Position numbers and translations under genes: made by a program. Shown here one piece after another: positions 20,923 through 31,902 of a DNA stretch of 64,000 nucleotides. Positions within the stretch are counted from its first letter, which is position 1. Each line of letters begins with the position of its first letter. Location of the stretch: assembly GCA_013002165.1 (NCBI GenBank), contig JABDKO010000243.1:6760-70759 (forward strand), given 5' to 3'. The notes beneath the pieces are model-generated. The model saw only the letters and a program-made list of their open reading frames with translations. It had not been told where the DNA came from and searched no databases. This DNA is from Rhodothermales bacterium. GTDB lineage: Bacteria > Bacteroidota > Rhodothermia > Rhodothermales > JABDKH01.

Positions 20923-21008
20923 TTGTGTTTATCCACACCGTGTGGCCGAACGTCGTTCGCGATGATTGAAAAAATAATATTTATTGATTGAAGAAGAGAA
21001 TTGTTGAA

Positions 21009-23324
21009 ATGGTAAAAGAAACCAGAAAGACTATAGAATTTGCAGCGGGAAAAGAGATCTCGCTCGAAACAGGCCGCTTGGCCAAACAGGCCGGAGGGGC
21101 AGTAGTTGCCCGTCTCGGTGACACCATGGTCCTGGCATCTGCCGTCGCATACGGAGAGGCCAAGGAGGGGCAGTCGTTTTTCCCACTGACTGTCGACTAC
21201 AGGGAGAAGTTTTCATCTGCAGGAAAGATTCCGGGCGGGTTCATCAAGCGCGAAGGCCGCCCGTCTGACAAGGAGGTTCTGACAAGCCGTCTTATTGACC
21301 GCGCTGTTCGACCGCTCTTTCCGGACGGATACTTAAGTGAAGTACAGATTATTTGTTACGTCCTTTCCGCTGACGATGAGAATGACGCAGATGTCGTTGC
21401 TTCGGTTGCTGCCTCTGCAGCACTGATGATTACCGGCGCACCGTTTCAGGGACCGATAGCTGAAGTTCGCATCGGCCGGGTCGACGGAGAGTTCATTGTC
21501 AATCCGACGATTACCGAGCTCGAAGAAAGCGACTTCAACCTTATTGTTGCCGGCAAGCTGGATGCCATCGTGATGGTTGAAGGCGAAATGCACGAGGTTT
21601 CGGAAGATGAAATGCTCGAGGCACTCGATATTGCACATGCCGCTATCAAGAAGCTTTGTGCCGGACAGGTTGAGTTTATTGAAGAAGCAGGCGGACCGAA
21701 GGATTTCTCCTTCGACACAGTAGTCGTGGATCCTGCACTCGTGCAGAAAGTCAGTGACATTGCATCGGATAAACTGGCCAGCCACATTCGTCAACCCTAT
21801 GCCAAGGAATCGTTCTACGGTGGGATTGATGATATCAAGACCATGGTTCTGGACGCGCTTCTGGGCGCGAACGATCCGGACAATGGATCAGAGCGCGAAG
21901 CTGCGACTCCTGAAGGATGGACAGCCGGCCAGATCAAAAAGGCTGTAGGCGTGGTCGAGAAAGACATCATGCGCGAAATGATTCTCAGTGATCATCGTCG
22001 CATTGACGGCCGTTCGCTGGATGAGGTGCGTCACATCTGGTGCGAAGCCGGCTACCTTCCACGAGTTCACGGATCGAGCATCTTTACGCGTGGAGAAACG
22101 CAGGTACTGGCATCGATCACGCTTGGAACGAAGAAAGATGTTCAGCCGGTAGATCAGGTTTTTGATACAACTGATCGGCGGTTCTATTTGCACTACAACT
22201 TCCCTCCGTTTTGTACCGGAGAAGCCAAGTTTCTTCGCGGCACGAGCCGCAGGGAAATCGGTCACGGGTACCTCGCCGAACGAGCACTCGCGCGCCAGCT
22301 TCCTGACCAGGAGTCATTCCCGTACACCGTCCGCATCAATGCAGATGTTCTCGAGTCAAACGGTTCATCCTCGATGGCCAGTGTCTGCTCAGGAACGCTA
22401 GCGATGATGGATGCCGGAATTCCAATCAGGAAACCGGTAGCGGGTATTGCGATGGGACTGATCTCTGACGGCAAGCGAACGGCTGTACTCAGCGATATCC
22501 TTGGTACAGAAGATCATCTCGGCGACATGGACTTCAAAGTCACTGGTACAGCAGATGGTATTACTGCTTGCCAGATGGACATCAAGATTGAAGGGTTGTC
22601 GCGGGACGTTCTTTCGACTGCACTGGCACAGGCGAAGCAGGGAAGGGATCATATCCTGGACAAGATGCTTGAGACTCTGTCAGAGCCGCGCGAAGATCTT
22701 TCGCCATACGCACCGCGACTTACGCAGATCGAAATCGACACGGAGTTTATCGGAGCTGTTATCGGACCGGGTGGTAAAGTCATCCAGGGAATTCAGCGCG
22801 ATACCGAAACCTCGATTGAAATCGAAGAGCGTGACGGCAAAGGTTATGTCACCATCGGTGCCATGAACGGCCAGGATGCGGAGCGCGCACTTGCCATAAT
22901 CAAGGGAATCGTTACCGTGCCTCAGGCAGGAGAGGATTTCGAAGGCAAGGTGCTGAACATCCAACCGTTCGGAGCTATTGTTGAAATACTTCCGGGCAAG
23001 GAAGGGCTTCTTCATATTTCCGAGTTGGATTACGGTTATGTCGACAATGTAGAAGACTACCTTGCCGTCGGCGATTCGGTAAAAGTTCAGCTCCTTGAAG
23101 TCAGAGACGACGGCAAATTGCGCTTGTCGCGCAAGCCATTCCTCGAGAAGCCAGAGGGCTACGTTGAGAAAGAACGTAAACCCCGCAGTAGCAATGGACG
23201 AGGCGGTCGCGACAGCAGAGGCGGTGGAGGCCGAGGTCGCGACAGTAGAGGCGGCGGAGGTCGCGGGCGAGATAACCGCGGCGGTGGAGGTCGCGGAAGA
23301 GATCGCGACCGCAACAGAGACTAG
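21009..23324 (+). CDS. pnp: Polynucleotide phosphorylase with a C-terminal RGG-repeat tail
   Basis: Two RNase PH domains, KH (GAVIGPGGKVIQGIQ) and S1 (GKVLNIQPFGAIVEILPGKEGLLHISEL). Start at ATG 21009 (MVKETRK); the track start is TTG 20988. Confidence 0.97.
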   Translation: MVKETRKTIEFAAGKEISLETGRLAKQAGGAVVARLGDTMVLASAVAYGEAKEGQSFFPLTVDYREKFSSAGKIPGGFIKREGRPSDKEVLTSRLIDRAVRPLFPDGYLSEVQIICYVLSADDENDADVVASVAASAALMITGAPFQGPIAEVRIGRVDGEFIVNPTITELEESDFNLIVAGKLDAIVMVEGEMHEVSEDEMLEALDIAHAAIKKLCAGQVEFIEEAGGPKDFSFDTVVVDPALVQKVSDIASDKLASHIRQPYAKESFYGGIDDIKTMVLDALLGANDPDNGSEREAATPEGWTAGQIKKAVGVVEKDIMREMILSDHRRIDGRSLDEVRHIWCEAGYLPRVHGSSIFTRGETQVLASITLGTKKDVQPVDQVFDTTDRRFYLHYNFPPFCTGEAKFLRGTSRREIGHGYLAERALARQLPDQESFPYTVRINADVLESNGSSSMASVCSGTLAMMDAGIPIRKPVAGIAMGLISDGKRTAVLSDILGTEDHLGDMDFKVTGTADGITACQMDIKIEGLSRDVLSTALAQAKQGRDHILDKMLETLSEPREDLSPYAPRLTQIEIDTEFIGAVIGPGGKVIQGIQRDTETSIEIEERDGKGYVTIGAMNGQDAERALAIIKGIVTVPQAGEDFEGKVLNIQPFGAIVEILPGKEGLLHISELDYGYVDNVEDYLAVGDSVKVQLLEVRDDGKLRLSRKPFLEKPEGYVEKERKPRSSNGRGGRDSRGGGGRGRDSRGGGGRGRDNRGGGGRGRDRDRNRD
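23217..23306 (+). repeat. Three tandem 30-nt coding repeats (RGGGGRGRD-S/N/R) in the pnp 3' end
   Basis: agaggcggtggaggccgaggtcgcgacagt / agaggcggcggaggtcgcgggcgagataac / cgcggcggtggaggtcgcggaagagatcgc. Confidence 0.9.
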
Positions 23325-23336
23325 AACCCACAAAGC

Positions 23337-23367
23337 AAGCTGTCCCACCATCATGGTGGGACAGCTT
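23337..23367 (+). terminator. Hairpin after pnp, perfect 13-bp stem with no clear U-tract
   Basis: AAGCTGTCCCACC-ATCAT-GGTGGGACAGCTT, starting 13 nt after the pnp stop. Confidence 0.5.
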
Positions 23368-23390
23368 ACGCTTATCAATATTCTTCAGAT

Positions 23391-24674
23391 ATGAGATCTG
23401 CTGGTGCAGGCAGAACTCCCGGTAGTTCTACCACCACCGATAATTTCCGTAAAACGACACTGCCGAACGGCGTGCGTGTGGTATCCGAGTCGATTCCTAC
23501 GGTTCGCTCGATATCAGTAGGCGCCTGGGTTTTCACGGGAAGTAGGGACGAGCGCAGGTCTAAAGAGGGCCTCAGCCATTTTATTGAACACATGGTGTTC
23601 AAAGGCACTCGAAGCAGACGAATGCACCAGATTGCCTCCCGCATGGAAGCGGTTGGAGGCTACCTGAACGCGTTTACTGGCAAAGAATACACGTGCTTCT
23701 ACGCACGGGCACTGGATAATCATCTGAGTCGTGCCGTTGAGACTGTTACCGACCTTATCCTGGCTCCTACCTTCCCCGAGAAAGAGCTACAAAAAGAAAA
23801 GGAAGTCGTTCTCGAGGAGATCAAGATGTACGAGGACACTCCGGAGGAAAACATCTTCGACCACTTCGAAGATGCCATTTATTCCGGGCACTCCCTCGCG
23901 CATCCCGTGCTCGGTACACGCTCCAGTGTTATGGGATTCACGCGGGACGATCTGCTTGACTACCTGGAGCGAAAATATCTCCCGTCACGGATGGTCATTG
24001 CGGCGGCCGGAAATCTCGATCACGACAGGCTCGTCCAGTATGTAGCTGCTGCTTTCGACAAAAGCGACAGGGAAAACCGCCGATTTCAACGACGGAAAGT
24101 CAACGGCTACAGATCAAGGCATGTGGAGTCGACCAGTCCGGTTCAGCAAGCCCATCTCCTGGTCGGTACCCGTGGGTGCAGCACGTACGCGGATGATCGC
24201 CTTGCCTTGATCGTACTCAACATCCTGCTCGGTGGAGGAATGTCTAGCCGTCTGAATCAAAACATCAGAGAGAAATACGGATACTGCTACAGTATCTATT
24301 CATTTCTTAATTTCCACAGTGATTCGGGTGATTTTGGCATATATACGGCGACCGAACCCGGTAAAATTGATAGAACGCACGACTTGATAATTCGGGAAGT
24401 TGACAAAATGCGTTCAAAGAAAGTCGGTCCCCGGGCTCTCAGTCAGGCCAGGAGTCAGGTAAAAGGCTCGATAATGCTTGGACTCGAGAGTATGAGCAGC
24501 AGAATGATGCGAATTGGTAAGCAGGAGCTGTATCATGCCACGTACGTCACCATGGATCGTCTTGTTGAAATGGTCGACGATGTTTCCGCCGATGATGTCC
24601 TCGCGGCAGCGATAGCGTATCTTTCTCCTGAAGATTTTTCTTCAGTTACCATAAGACCTGAAAGCAGAAACTAG
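23391..24674 (+). CDS. M16-family (insulinase/pitrilysin-like) zinc peptidase
   Basis: Inverted zinc motif HFIEHMVFKGT (HxxEH). 427 aa. Confidence 0.85.
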   Translation: MRSAGAGRTPGSSTTTDNFRKTTLPNGVRVVSESIPTVRSISVGAWVFTGSRDERRSKEGLSHFIEHMVFKGTRSRRMHQIASRMEAVGGYLNAFTGKEYTCFYARALDNHLSRAVETVTDLILAPTFPEKELQKEKEVVLEEIKMYEDTPEENIFDHFEDAIYSGHSLAHPVLGTRSSVMGFTRDDLLDYLERKYLPSRMVIAAAGNLDHDRLVQYVAAAFDKSDRENRRFQRRKVNGYRSRHVESTSPVQQAHLLVGTRGCSTYADDRLALIVLNILLGGGMSSRLNQNIREKYGYCYSIYSFLNFHSDSGDFGIYTATEPGKIDRTHDLIIREVDKMRSKKVGPRALSQARSQVKGSIMLGLESMSSRMMRIGKQELYHATYVTMDRLVEMVDDVSADDVLAAAIAYLSPEDFSSVTIRPESRN

Positions 24675-24675
24675 T

Positions 24676-25605
24676 ATGAAAGTTCTCGTCACCGGTGGAG
24701 CCGGATTTATTGGATCTCATATTGTAGATGCTCTTCTTGATCGAAATCACGAGGTGCATATTCTTGATGACCTTTCGTCTGGCTTCAGAGATCGCGTAAA
24801 TCCCGACGCTGCGTTTCACGAACTCGATATCCGCTCGTCAGAGGCAGCCGATCTTGTTAGGGCCGAGGGTTGTGAAGTGATGATTCACCATGCTGCCCAA
24901 ATGGATGTTCGCCGTTCTGTTGCCGATCCGTCTTTTGATGCGGATGTCAACGTACGAGGGTTTCTGAATATCGTTGAGGCAGGACGGACGTCGGGATTAA
25001 GAAAGGTAGTGTTCGCTTCGACTGGCGGGGCGATCTATGGTGAACCCGACTTCGTACCTCAGGATGAAACTCATGCACTTAATCCTATATCACCATACGG
25101 TATCACGAAACTGACTACCGAAAAGTACCTGTATTTCTATCTCGTGCAGTACGGCTTACAGCATGTTGCGCTGCGCTATGCAAACATCTACGGTCCCCGA
25201 CAAAACCCACACGGAGACGCAGGCGTGGTGGCCATATTTTGCCAGCGCCTGCTTAAGGGTGACCCGGTCACAATCTTTGGTGACGGAAGTCAGACACGAG
25301 ATTATGTCTATGTTGGCGACGTCGTTGAAGCGAACCTCCGCGCGATAGAGCATTCAAACAGCGGAGTTATTAATATCGGCACAGGTGTTGAGACGTCTGT
25401 TAACGAGCTTTATTCGATACTGGCCGACCATCTCGGCGTTTCTACTCCGGCGAATTTCGAACCGGCCAGACCTGGTGAGCAAAAACGTAGTGTACTGGAT
25501 AACACGCTGGCAGCCACCTCGCTGAACTGGAGGCCCGCTGTAAGCATCGAGGAAGGACTGCGAAAAACAGCTGACTGGTTCAAAAATCAAATGGTCCTCT
25601 CGTAA
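24676..25605 (+). CDS. NAD-dependent nucleotide-sugar epimerase/dehydratase (GalE-like SDR)
   Basis: TGGAGFIGSH Rossmann motif, and YGITK as the catalytic YxxxK. Confidence 0.85.
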   Translation: MKVLVTGGAGFIGSHIVDALLDRNHEVHILDDLSSGFRDRVNPDAAFHELDIRSSEAADLVRAEGCEVMIHHAAQMDVRRSVADPSFDADVNVRGFLNIVEAGRTSGLRKVVFASTGGAIYGEPDFVPQDETHALNPISPYGITKLTTEKYLYFYLVQYGLQHVALRYANIYGPRQNPHGDAGVVAIFCQRLLKGDPVTIFGDGSQTRDYVYVGDVVEANLRAIEHSNSGVINIGTGVETSVNELYSILADHLGVSTPANFEPARPGEQKRSVLDNTLAATSLNWRPAVSIEEGLRKTADWFKNQMVLS

Positions 25606-26366
25606 TGTTTCAGGTTCGTGTAGATCAATTTGAAGGTCCCCTGGACCTGCTGCTCTTTTTTATTCAGCGGGACGAACTGGATATTTACGACATCCCTATT
25701 GCATCAATAGCGGACGAGTTCCTCGAGTACGTTCGAGTACTCGAGCAGATTGATCTGGATGGAGTCGGCGACTTCCTTTACATGGCAGCCATTCTAATCA
25801 ATATCAAGGCCCGCGTTCTCTTACCATCGCAAGAAGTTGACGAAGAGGGTGATCCCATTGATCCGAGGACAGAACTTGTCACAAGGCTGTTAGAGTACGT
25901 CAGATACAAGGAGGCTGCAGAACAGTTAACTACGCAGCTGGAAGCTCGAGCGCAGATCTTCACTCGAGGCGATGCATCATCGCCAGCGATTAATGCTGCG
26001 ACCGGTTTGGAAGCTGTAAGGCAAGGATCTGTCTTTGACCTTATATCGGCACTGAAAAGAGTACTCAGTACCGCAACCGATGAACCGGAACACCAGATCG
26101 AAGGCGAGTCGTATTCGATCGAGGAACAGCAGACATTTATTGTTTCAGAACTGAAGATTCACCGCCGTCAGTCATTTGTTCAATTGGTAAAACGGCGATC
26201 TAAGGCGTTTATTATTACTACATTTCTCGCAGTACTGGAGCTCGCCCGCAACGGAGTACTCGAGATAGCAATTATGGGCGAAGCCGAGGATTTTGAACTC
26301 ATTGCGTCACAACCCATCGAAGAACCCGCAGATACAGTCATAGTCGGCGAGACCGAAAAGCAATAA
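25605..26366 (+). CDS. scpA: Segregation and condensation protein A
   Basis: FEGPLDLLLFFIQRDELDIYDIPIA N-terminus. Its start overlaps the epimerase stop. Confidence 0.9.
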   Translation: MFQVRVDQFEGPLDLLLFFIQRDELDIYDIPIASIADEFLEYVRVLEQIDLDGVGDFLYMAAILINIKARVLLPSQEVDEEGDPIDPRTELVTRLLEYVRYKEAAEQLTTQLEARAQIFTRGDASSPAINAATGLEAVRQGSVFDLISALKRVLSTATDEPEHQIEGESYSIEEQQTFIVSELKIHRRQSFVQLVKRRSKAFIITTFLAVLELARNGVLEIAIMGEAEDFELIASQPIEEPADTVIVGETEKQ

Positions 26367-27160
26367 TGGAAGTACAGGATTCACAAAACTCAACTGACGT
26401 AGAAGAAAGGACAGCCATAATTGAGGCCATGATCTTCTCGGCGAATGAACCGGTGGAAGCGAAGAAGATCGTTCAAGTCTACAACGACGTCGTCGGTGAC
26501 GACTCGATGAACGTGAATGACGTCTACAGTATTGTAGCAGCAATCAACGATCGATACGCTGAAACAGGGCGTCCATTTCAGATATTTGAGTGGGGCGGTG
26601 GGTTTCGCCTGGCGACAAGGCCCGAGTACGCTCCGCACATCAAGGCGCTGCACCAGATTGGATCAAGCCGACGATTGTCACGGTCTTTAACCGAGACACT
26701 GGCGATCATCGCCTACAAACAGCCCGTTACGAAACCCGAGATTGATTTTGTGCGCGGAGTCGATAGCGACTATGCTCTTCGACGTCTGATGGAGTTGGAT
26801 CTTGTTGATGTGATGGGACGCAGTGAATCCGTTGGAAAACCACTGCTGTATGGTACCACAGTAGATTTCCTGGAGAAGTTTGGCCTCGCCGGTATCGAAG
26901 ATCTGCCGAGCATTCGTGAGATCGAGGACCTGATCGACGACCCCGCATTCAACAAGGAGAGAGCCGAACTCTTCATGAGCAAAGGGCTGTCGCTGATTAT
27001 GGATGAAGCGAGCGCATCCGACCCGGAAAGTGAGGAGATCGTTGACACCCAGACCAGCCCGGGATCCACGCTTGCAGAAACGAAATCGGATTCAACTGAT
27101 GTTGTTCAAGAATCCCGAACAAGTGGGGAGGACGCTGACAGTAATGGCAAGGTCGGGTAA
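26366..27160 (+). CDS. scpB: Segregation and condensation protein B
   Basis: IEAMIFSANEPV motif, tandem winged-helix core and an acidic C-terminal tail. Coupled to scpA. Confidence 0.85.
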   Translation: MEVQDSQNSTDVEERTAIIEAMIFSANEPVEAKKIVQVYNDVVGDDSMNVNDVYSIVAAINDRYAETGRPFQIFEWGGGFRLATRPEYAPHIKALHQIGSSRRLSRSLTETLAIIAYKQPVTKPEIDFVRGVDSDYALRRLMELDLVDVMGRSESVGKPLLYGTTVDFLEKFGLAGIEDLPSIREIEDLIDDPAFNKERAELFMSKGLSLIMDEASASDPESEEIVDTQTSPGSTLAETKSDSTDVVQESRTSGEDADSNGKVG

Positions 27161-27959
27161 CAATTTCAAGCGCTTCAAGGATGAGCAAAAAAAGGCGGCA
27201 GCGGAAAAGGGGTCGGATGTCGAAGAAATGCGACTCAATCGCTTCATTGCACGCTCCGGATATTGTTCACGCCGTCAGGCTGATACTCTGATTTTTGACG
27301 GACATGTCAAGGTGAACGGGAAAGTCGAGGTGAGCCCGGGAACGCGTGTCGGCGCAAAGGATGCAGTTGAGGTCAATGGTACTGTCCTCAGACGTGCAGA
27401 CCATGTCTACATCCTGATGAACAAGGGCCGCGATACCATTACGTCAACGCGGGATGAGAAGGGTAGAAAAACGGTCATGGACTATCTACCCGGTTCGCTA
27501 ACCGAGTCCGAGGGTCTTTTTCCCGTTGGGCGCCTTGATCGTAATACTGAGGGGTGTCTGCTGATTACGAATGATGGTGACCTCGCGCATCGGTTGATGC
27601 ATCCATCTTACGAGATTTCCAAGATCTATCGCGTCGAAACCGTGGACGAGGTTACTGAAGTCCAGTTGGAAGCGCTCAAGACTGGTATTCAGCTCGAAGA
27701 CGGTCCGGCCAGAGCAGACCAGGTAAGTTCAGTTTCTCCCGATGGCCGGATAACGGCGATCGGAATACATGAAGGCCGCAACCGTCAGGTCAGGCGCATG
27801 TTTGAAGGCATGGGACACGAGATCAAGTCGCTCGAACGTGTTCAGTACGCCGGGCTTACGACCAGAGGTCTTCGTCGAGGGAAGTGGAGAACCCTGGAAA
27901 ATAAGGAAATCAAGAGGCTGAAAAGGCTCGTCGGTCTCAAAGACGTGACGCAACGTTAA
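27144..27959 (+). CDS. rluB: rRNA pseudouridine synthase (RluB/RsuA family)
   Basis: S4 domain (RLNRFIARSGYCSRRQAD) and the catalytic motif GRLDRNTEG. Start at ATG 27144 (MARSGNN); the track start 27003 lies inside scpB. Confidence 0.85.
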   Translation: MARSGNNFKRFKDEQKKAAAEKGSDVEEMRLNRFIARSGYCSRRQADTLIFDGHVKVNGKVEVSPGTRVGAKDAVEVNGTVLRRADHVYILMNKGRDTITSTRDEKGRKTVMDYLPGSLTESEGLFPVGRLDRNTEGCLLITNDGDLAHRLMHPSYEISKIYRVETVDEVTEVQLEALKTGIQLEDGPARADQVSSVSPDGRITAIGIHEGRNRQVRRMFEGMGHEIKSLERVQYAGLTTRGLRRGKWRTLENKEIKRLKRLVGLKDVTQR

Positions 27960-27997
27960 CCCCGAGAACACTCCAGCTTTTCCAGGCGTATACGTAA

Positions 27998-29503
<1,506 letters not shown>

Positions 29504-29527
29504 TCAGACCGACCGGAACGGGCTTAG

Positions 29528-30607
29528 ATGCAATTGCCGGCGCTTGAAATCGTCAGAAAGTCGCTGGTATCAATCGGGTATGATGCCGCCGTTGTGTCGC
29601 ATCTCCCGCACATCCGCCGCATCACAGGGTTCACGGGATCAAATGCACTCCTGTTCGTATCGCGGCGTGATGCACTGTTGCTCACCGACGGCCGGTATTC
29701 CGATCAGGTCGCACGGGAGACCCAAAATGTTGAGTATAGTATCGAGTCGGGATCGCTTGTCGAGTCAATACTTGAAAAATCGGTGGTACAAGGCAACTCT
29801 ACGGTAGCCGTTCAAGGTGAATATCTGGTAGCACAAGATTTCGCGCGGATTGAATCTTTTCTCCATTCTCACGGGGCGAACGCTGTGCTTACAAAGGATT
29901 GGCTACAGGCAGTATTCGCCGCGAAGTCCGATGGCGAAATAGAATCCATCAGGCAGGCCCAGGCCATTACGGATCGCGTTCTGGAACAGATTCCCGGACT
30001 GATCCGGAAGGGTATTACCGAGAAGGAACTTGCAGCCGAAATCGTCCACCTGCATATGATCGCCGGCGCGGACCGGATGTCGTTCGACCCGATTGTGGCG
30101 TTCGGAGAAAACTCTGCATTGCCTCACGCCCGACCTACCTTAAGAACGCTTCGTCACAATGAGCCTGTACTGATAGACATGGGCTGCTTTAACGACGGGT
30201 ATGCCAGCGATATGACGAGAATGATCTATTACGGACGCCCGGATCCCAAATTTCTACAAATACATGGTATCGTTCTCGAATCTAAACGCCGTGCAATCGA
30301 TTCTGTCCGCGCAGGCCTCTCGTGCCGGGGACTAGACGAGATGGCTCGTAGCCATATTCGTAGCAGCGGCTACGAAGACAAATTTGTTCATAGCCTTGGA
30401 CATGGTGTTGGTCTTGAAGTTCACGAATACCCGTCGGTATCAACGAGGAGCGCCGCACACCTCGAGAAAGGCATGGTCATCACGATCGAGCCGGGGATAT
30501 ACCTCACGGGAGAGTTTGGCGTTCGGGTTGAAGATATCGTCGCCGTTGGGTTGGATGGATGCGATGTGCTAACAAGCTCTCCGTCAGAGTTGCTGGTAGT
30601 TGAATGA
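29528..30607 (+). CDS. M24-family Xaa-Pro aminopeptidase
   Basis: Creatinase-like N domain plus metal ligands in DMGCFNDGYASDMTR, HSLGHGVGLEVHE and TIEPGIY. Confidence 0.85.
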   Translation: MQLPALEIVRKSLVSIGYDAAVVSHLPHIRRITGFTGSNALLFVSRRDALLLTDGRYSDQVARETQNVEYSIESGSLVESILEKSVVQGNSTVAVQGEYLVAQDFARIESFLHSHGANAVLTKDWLQAVFAAKSDGEIESIRQAQAITDRVLEQIPGLIRKGITEKELAAEIVHLHMIAGADRMSFDPIVAFGENSALPHARPTLRTLRHNEPVLIDMGCFNDGYASDMTRMIYYGRPDPKFLQIHGIVLESKRRAIDSVRAGLSCRGLDEMARSHIRSSGYEDKFVHSLGHGVGLEVHEYPSVSTRSAAHLEKGMVITIEPGIYLTGEFGVRVEDIVAVGLDGCDVLTSSPSELLVVE

Positions 30608-31902
30608 CCGGGTCAGCGAACGATCAAAAGCGCGTACTTGTGCTGTCCTATTACTTTCCGCCTCTCGGCATGAGCGGGGTCCAGCGAATTACCAAGTTCG
30701 TAAAGTACCTTCCGGACTTCGGATGGCAACCGAGTGTGATCTCATCACGGCCGTATTCCTACTTTGCATTCGACGGAAGCCTGACAAATGACATCCCCGA
30801 TGATATCAGTGTAACAAGAACGCGAAGTCTGGATCCGACCCGATGGCGACTCAAGCCTGGAACAGTCACTATTCCTTCGTCCGGAAGGCATGGTACCTTG
30901 CGCTCAATCTCGAATCGTTTTTTCGTCCCGGACAACAAGATTCTGTGGGTACCGTTTGCTCGCAACGCTGCAATACGGGCAATGCGTGCAGAAAGATTTG
31001 ATATGATATTTTCGACGGCACCTCCGTATTCGTCGCACATGCTTGCCGTTGAACTCGGAGATCGTTTCAAGGTACCCGTAGTTACCGACTTCAGAGACAA
31101 CTGGGTTGGGAATCCCCGGACTGTATTTGCTTCGGACAGGCAACGGCTAAAGCATGAGAGACTGGAACGGAAAGTGCTGGAAATGTCCAACCATGTTGTA
31201 ACAATCAACAGTCATATCAGAGAGGATCTTGTTGCCAGATCCTCTTTACCCGACCGCCGCTTCTCAGTTATTGAACAAGGCTACGATGCTCAGGATTTCA
31301 AGGGCCTCGCCCATGAGAAGAAGACTGAGGATGTTACTTTTCTGTACTCAGGCGTTTTCTATGATGCTCAGAAACCGGATGCATTCTTGCATGGCCTCGC
31401 AAGGGCGAGAAATGCGGATACCAGCGTGTCCAAACACACAAGAGCGGTATTCGTTGGCCTCGTACCGGAGAATTTTTCCGTTTTGGTCGAAGAATTGAAG
31501 CTGGGAGACGTAGTCAGACATACGGGATATATGGATCACGACCAGGCTCTAGCCATGTTGATGCAGTCAGACATTCCATGGCTAACCGTCGGCCATCAGC
31601 GTGGTGAAGAACAGATATCTACCGGCAAACTTGCGGAATACGTAGGCACGCGTAAACCGATTCTCGGCCTTGTTCCGGATGGCGCAGCGAGTCGGCTCTT
31701 GCATGAATATGGTGATTCGGTTGTAGTCGATCCTGACGATATTGAGGCCATTGCAGGAGCAATTGTCTCGCTGACGAATCGTTGCCGTGCGAACGGTGGT
31801 GGCAAACCAAATGAACAGCTCATCCAGCGACTCGAAAGGAAGCGCCTGACAGGAGAGCTGGCGCAGGTCTTTAACAATGCCTGGATACAACGAAGTGAGT
31901 AG
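30604..31902 (+). CDS. GT-B fold glycosyltransferase (GT4-like)
   Basis: N-terminus KRVLVLSYYFPPLGMSGVQR is typical of GT4-like enzymes, with a C-terminal Rossmann-like half. ATGA overlap with the upstream gene. The family call is moderate. Confidence 0.65.
   Translation: MTGSANDQKRVLVLSYYFPPLGMSGVQRITKFVKYLPDFGWQPSVISSRPYSYFAFDGSLTNDIPDDISVTRTRSLDPTRWRLKPGTVTIPSSGRHGTLRSISNRFFVPDNKILWVPFARNAAIRAMRAERFDMIFSTAPPYSSHMLAVELGDRFKVPVVTDFRDNWVGNPRTVFASDRQRLKHERLERKVLEMSNHVVTINSHIREDLVARSSLPDRRFSVIEQGYDAQDFKGLAHEKKTEDVTFLYSGVFYDAQKPDAFLHGLARARNADTSVSKHTRAVFVGLVPENFSVLVEELKLGDVVRHTGYMDHDQALAMLMQSDIPWLTVGHQRGEEQISTGKLAEYVGTRKPILGLVPDGAASRLLHEYGDSVVVDPDDIEAIAGAIVSLTNRCRANGGGKPNEQLIQRLERKRLTGELAQVFNNAWIQRSE

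Noticed and set aside
23217-23306. Regularly spaced 30-nt repeats that could superficially suggest a CRISPR-like array.
   Set aside because: The repeats are directly adjacent with no spacers, lie in frame inside pnp and encode RGGGGRGRD units. They are a coding tandem repeat.
22680-23378. 232-aa minus-strand ORF overlapping the pnp 3' end, plus the plus-strand ORF 23095-23394.
   Set aside because: Both lie within or opposite the KH/S1/RGG region of pnp. The repeat-driven lack of stops explains them.
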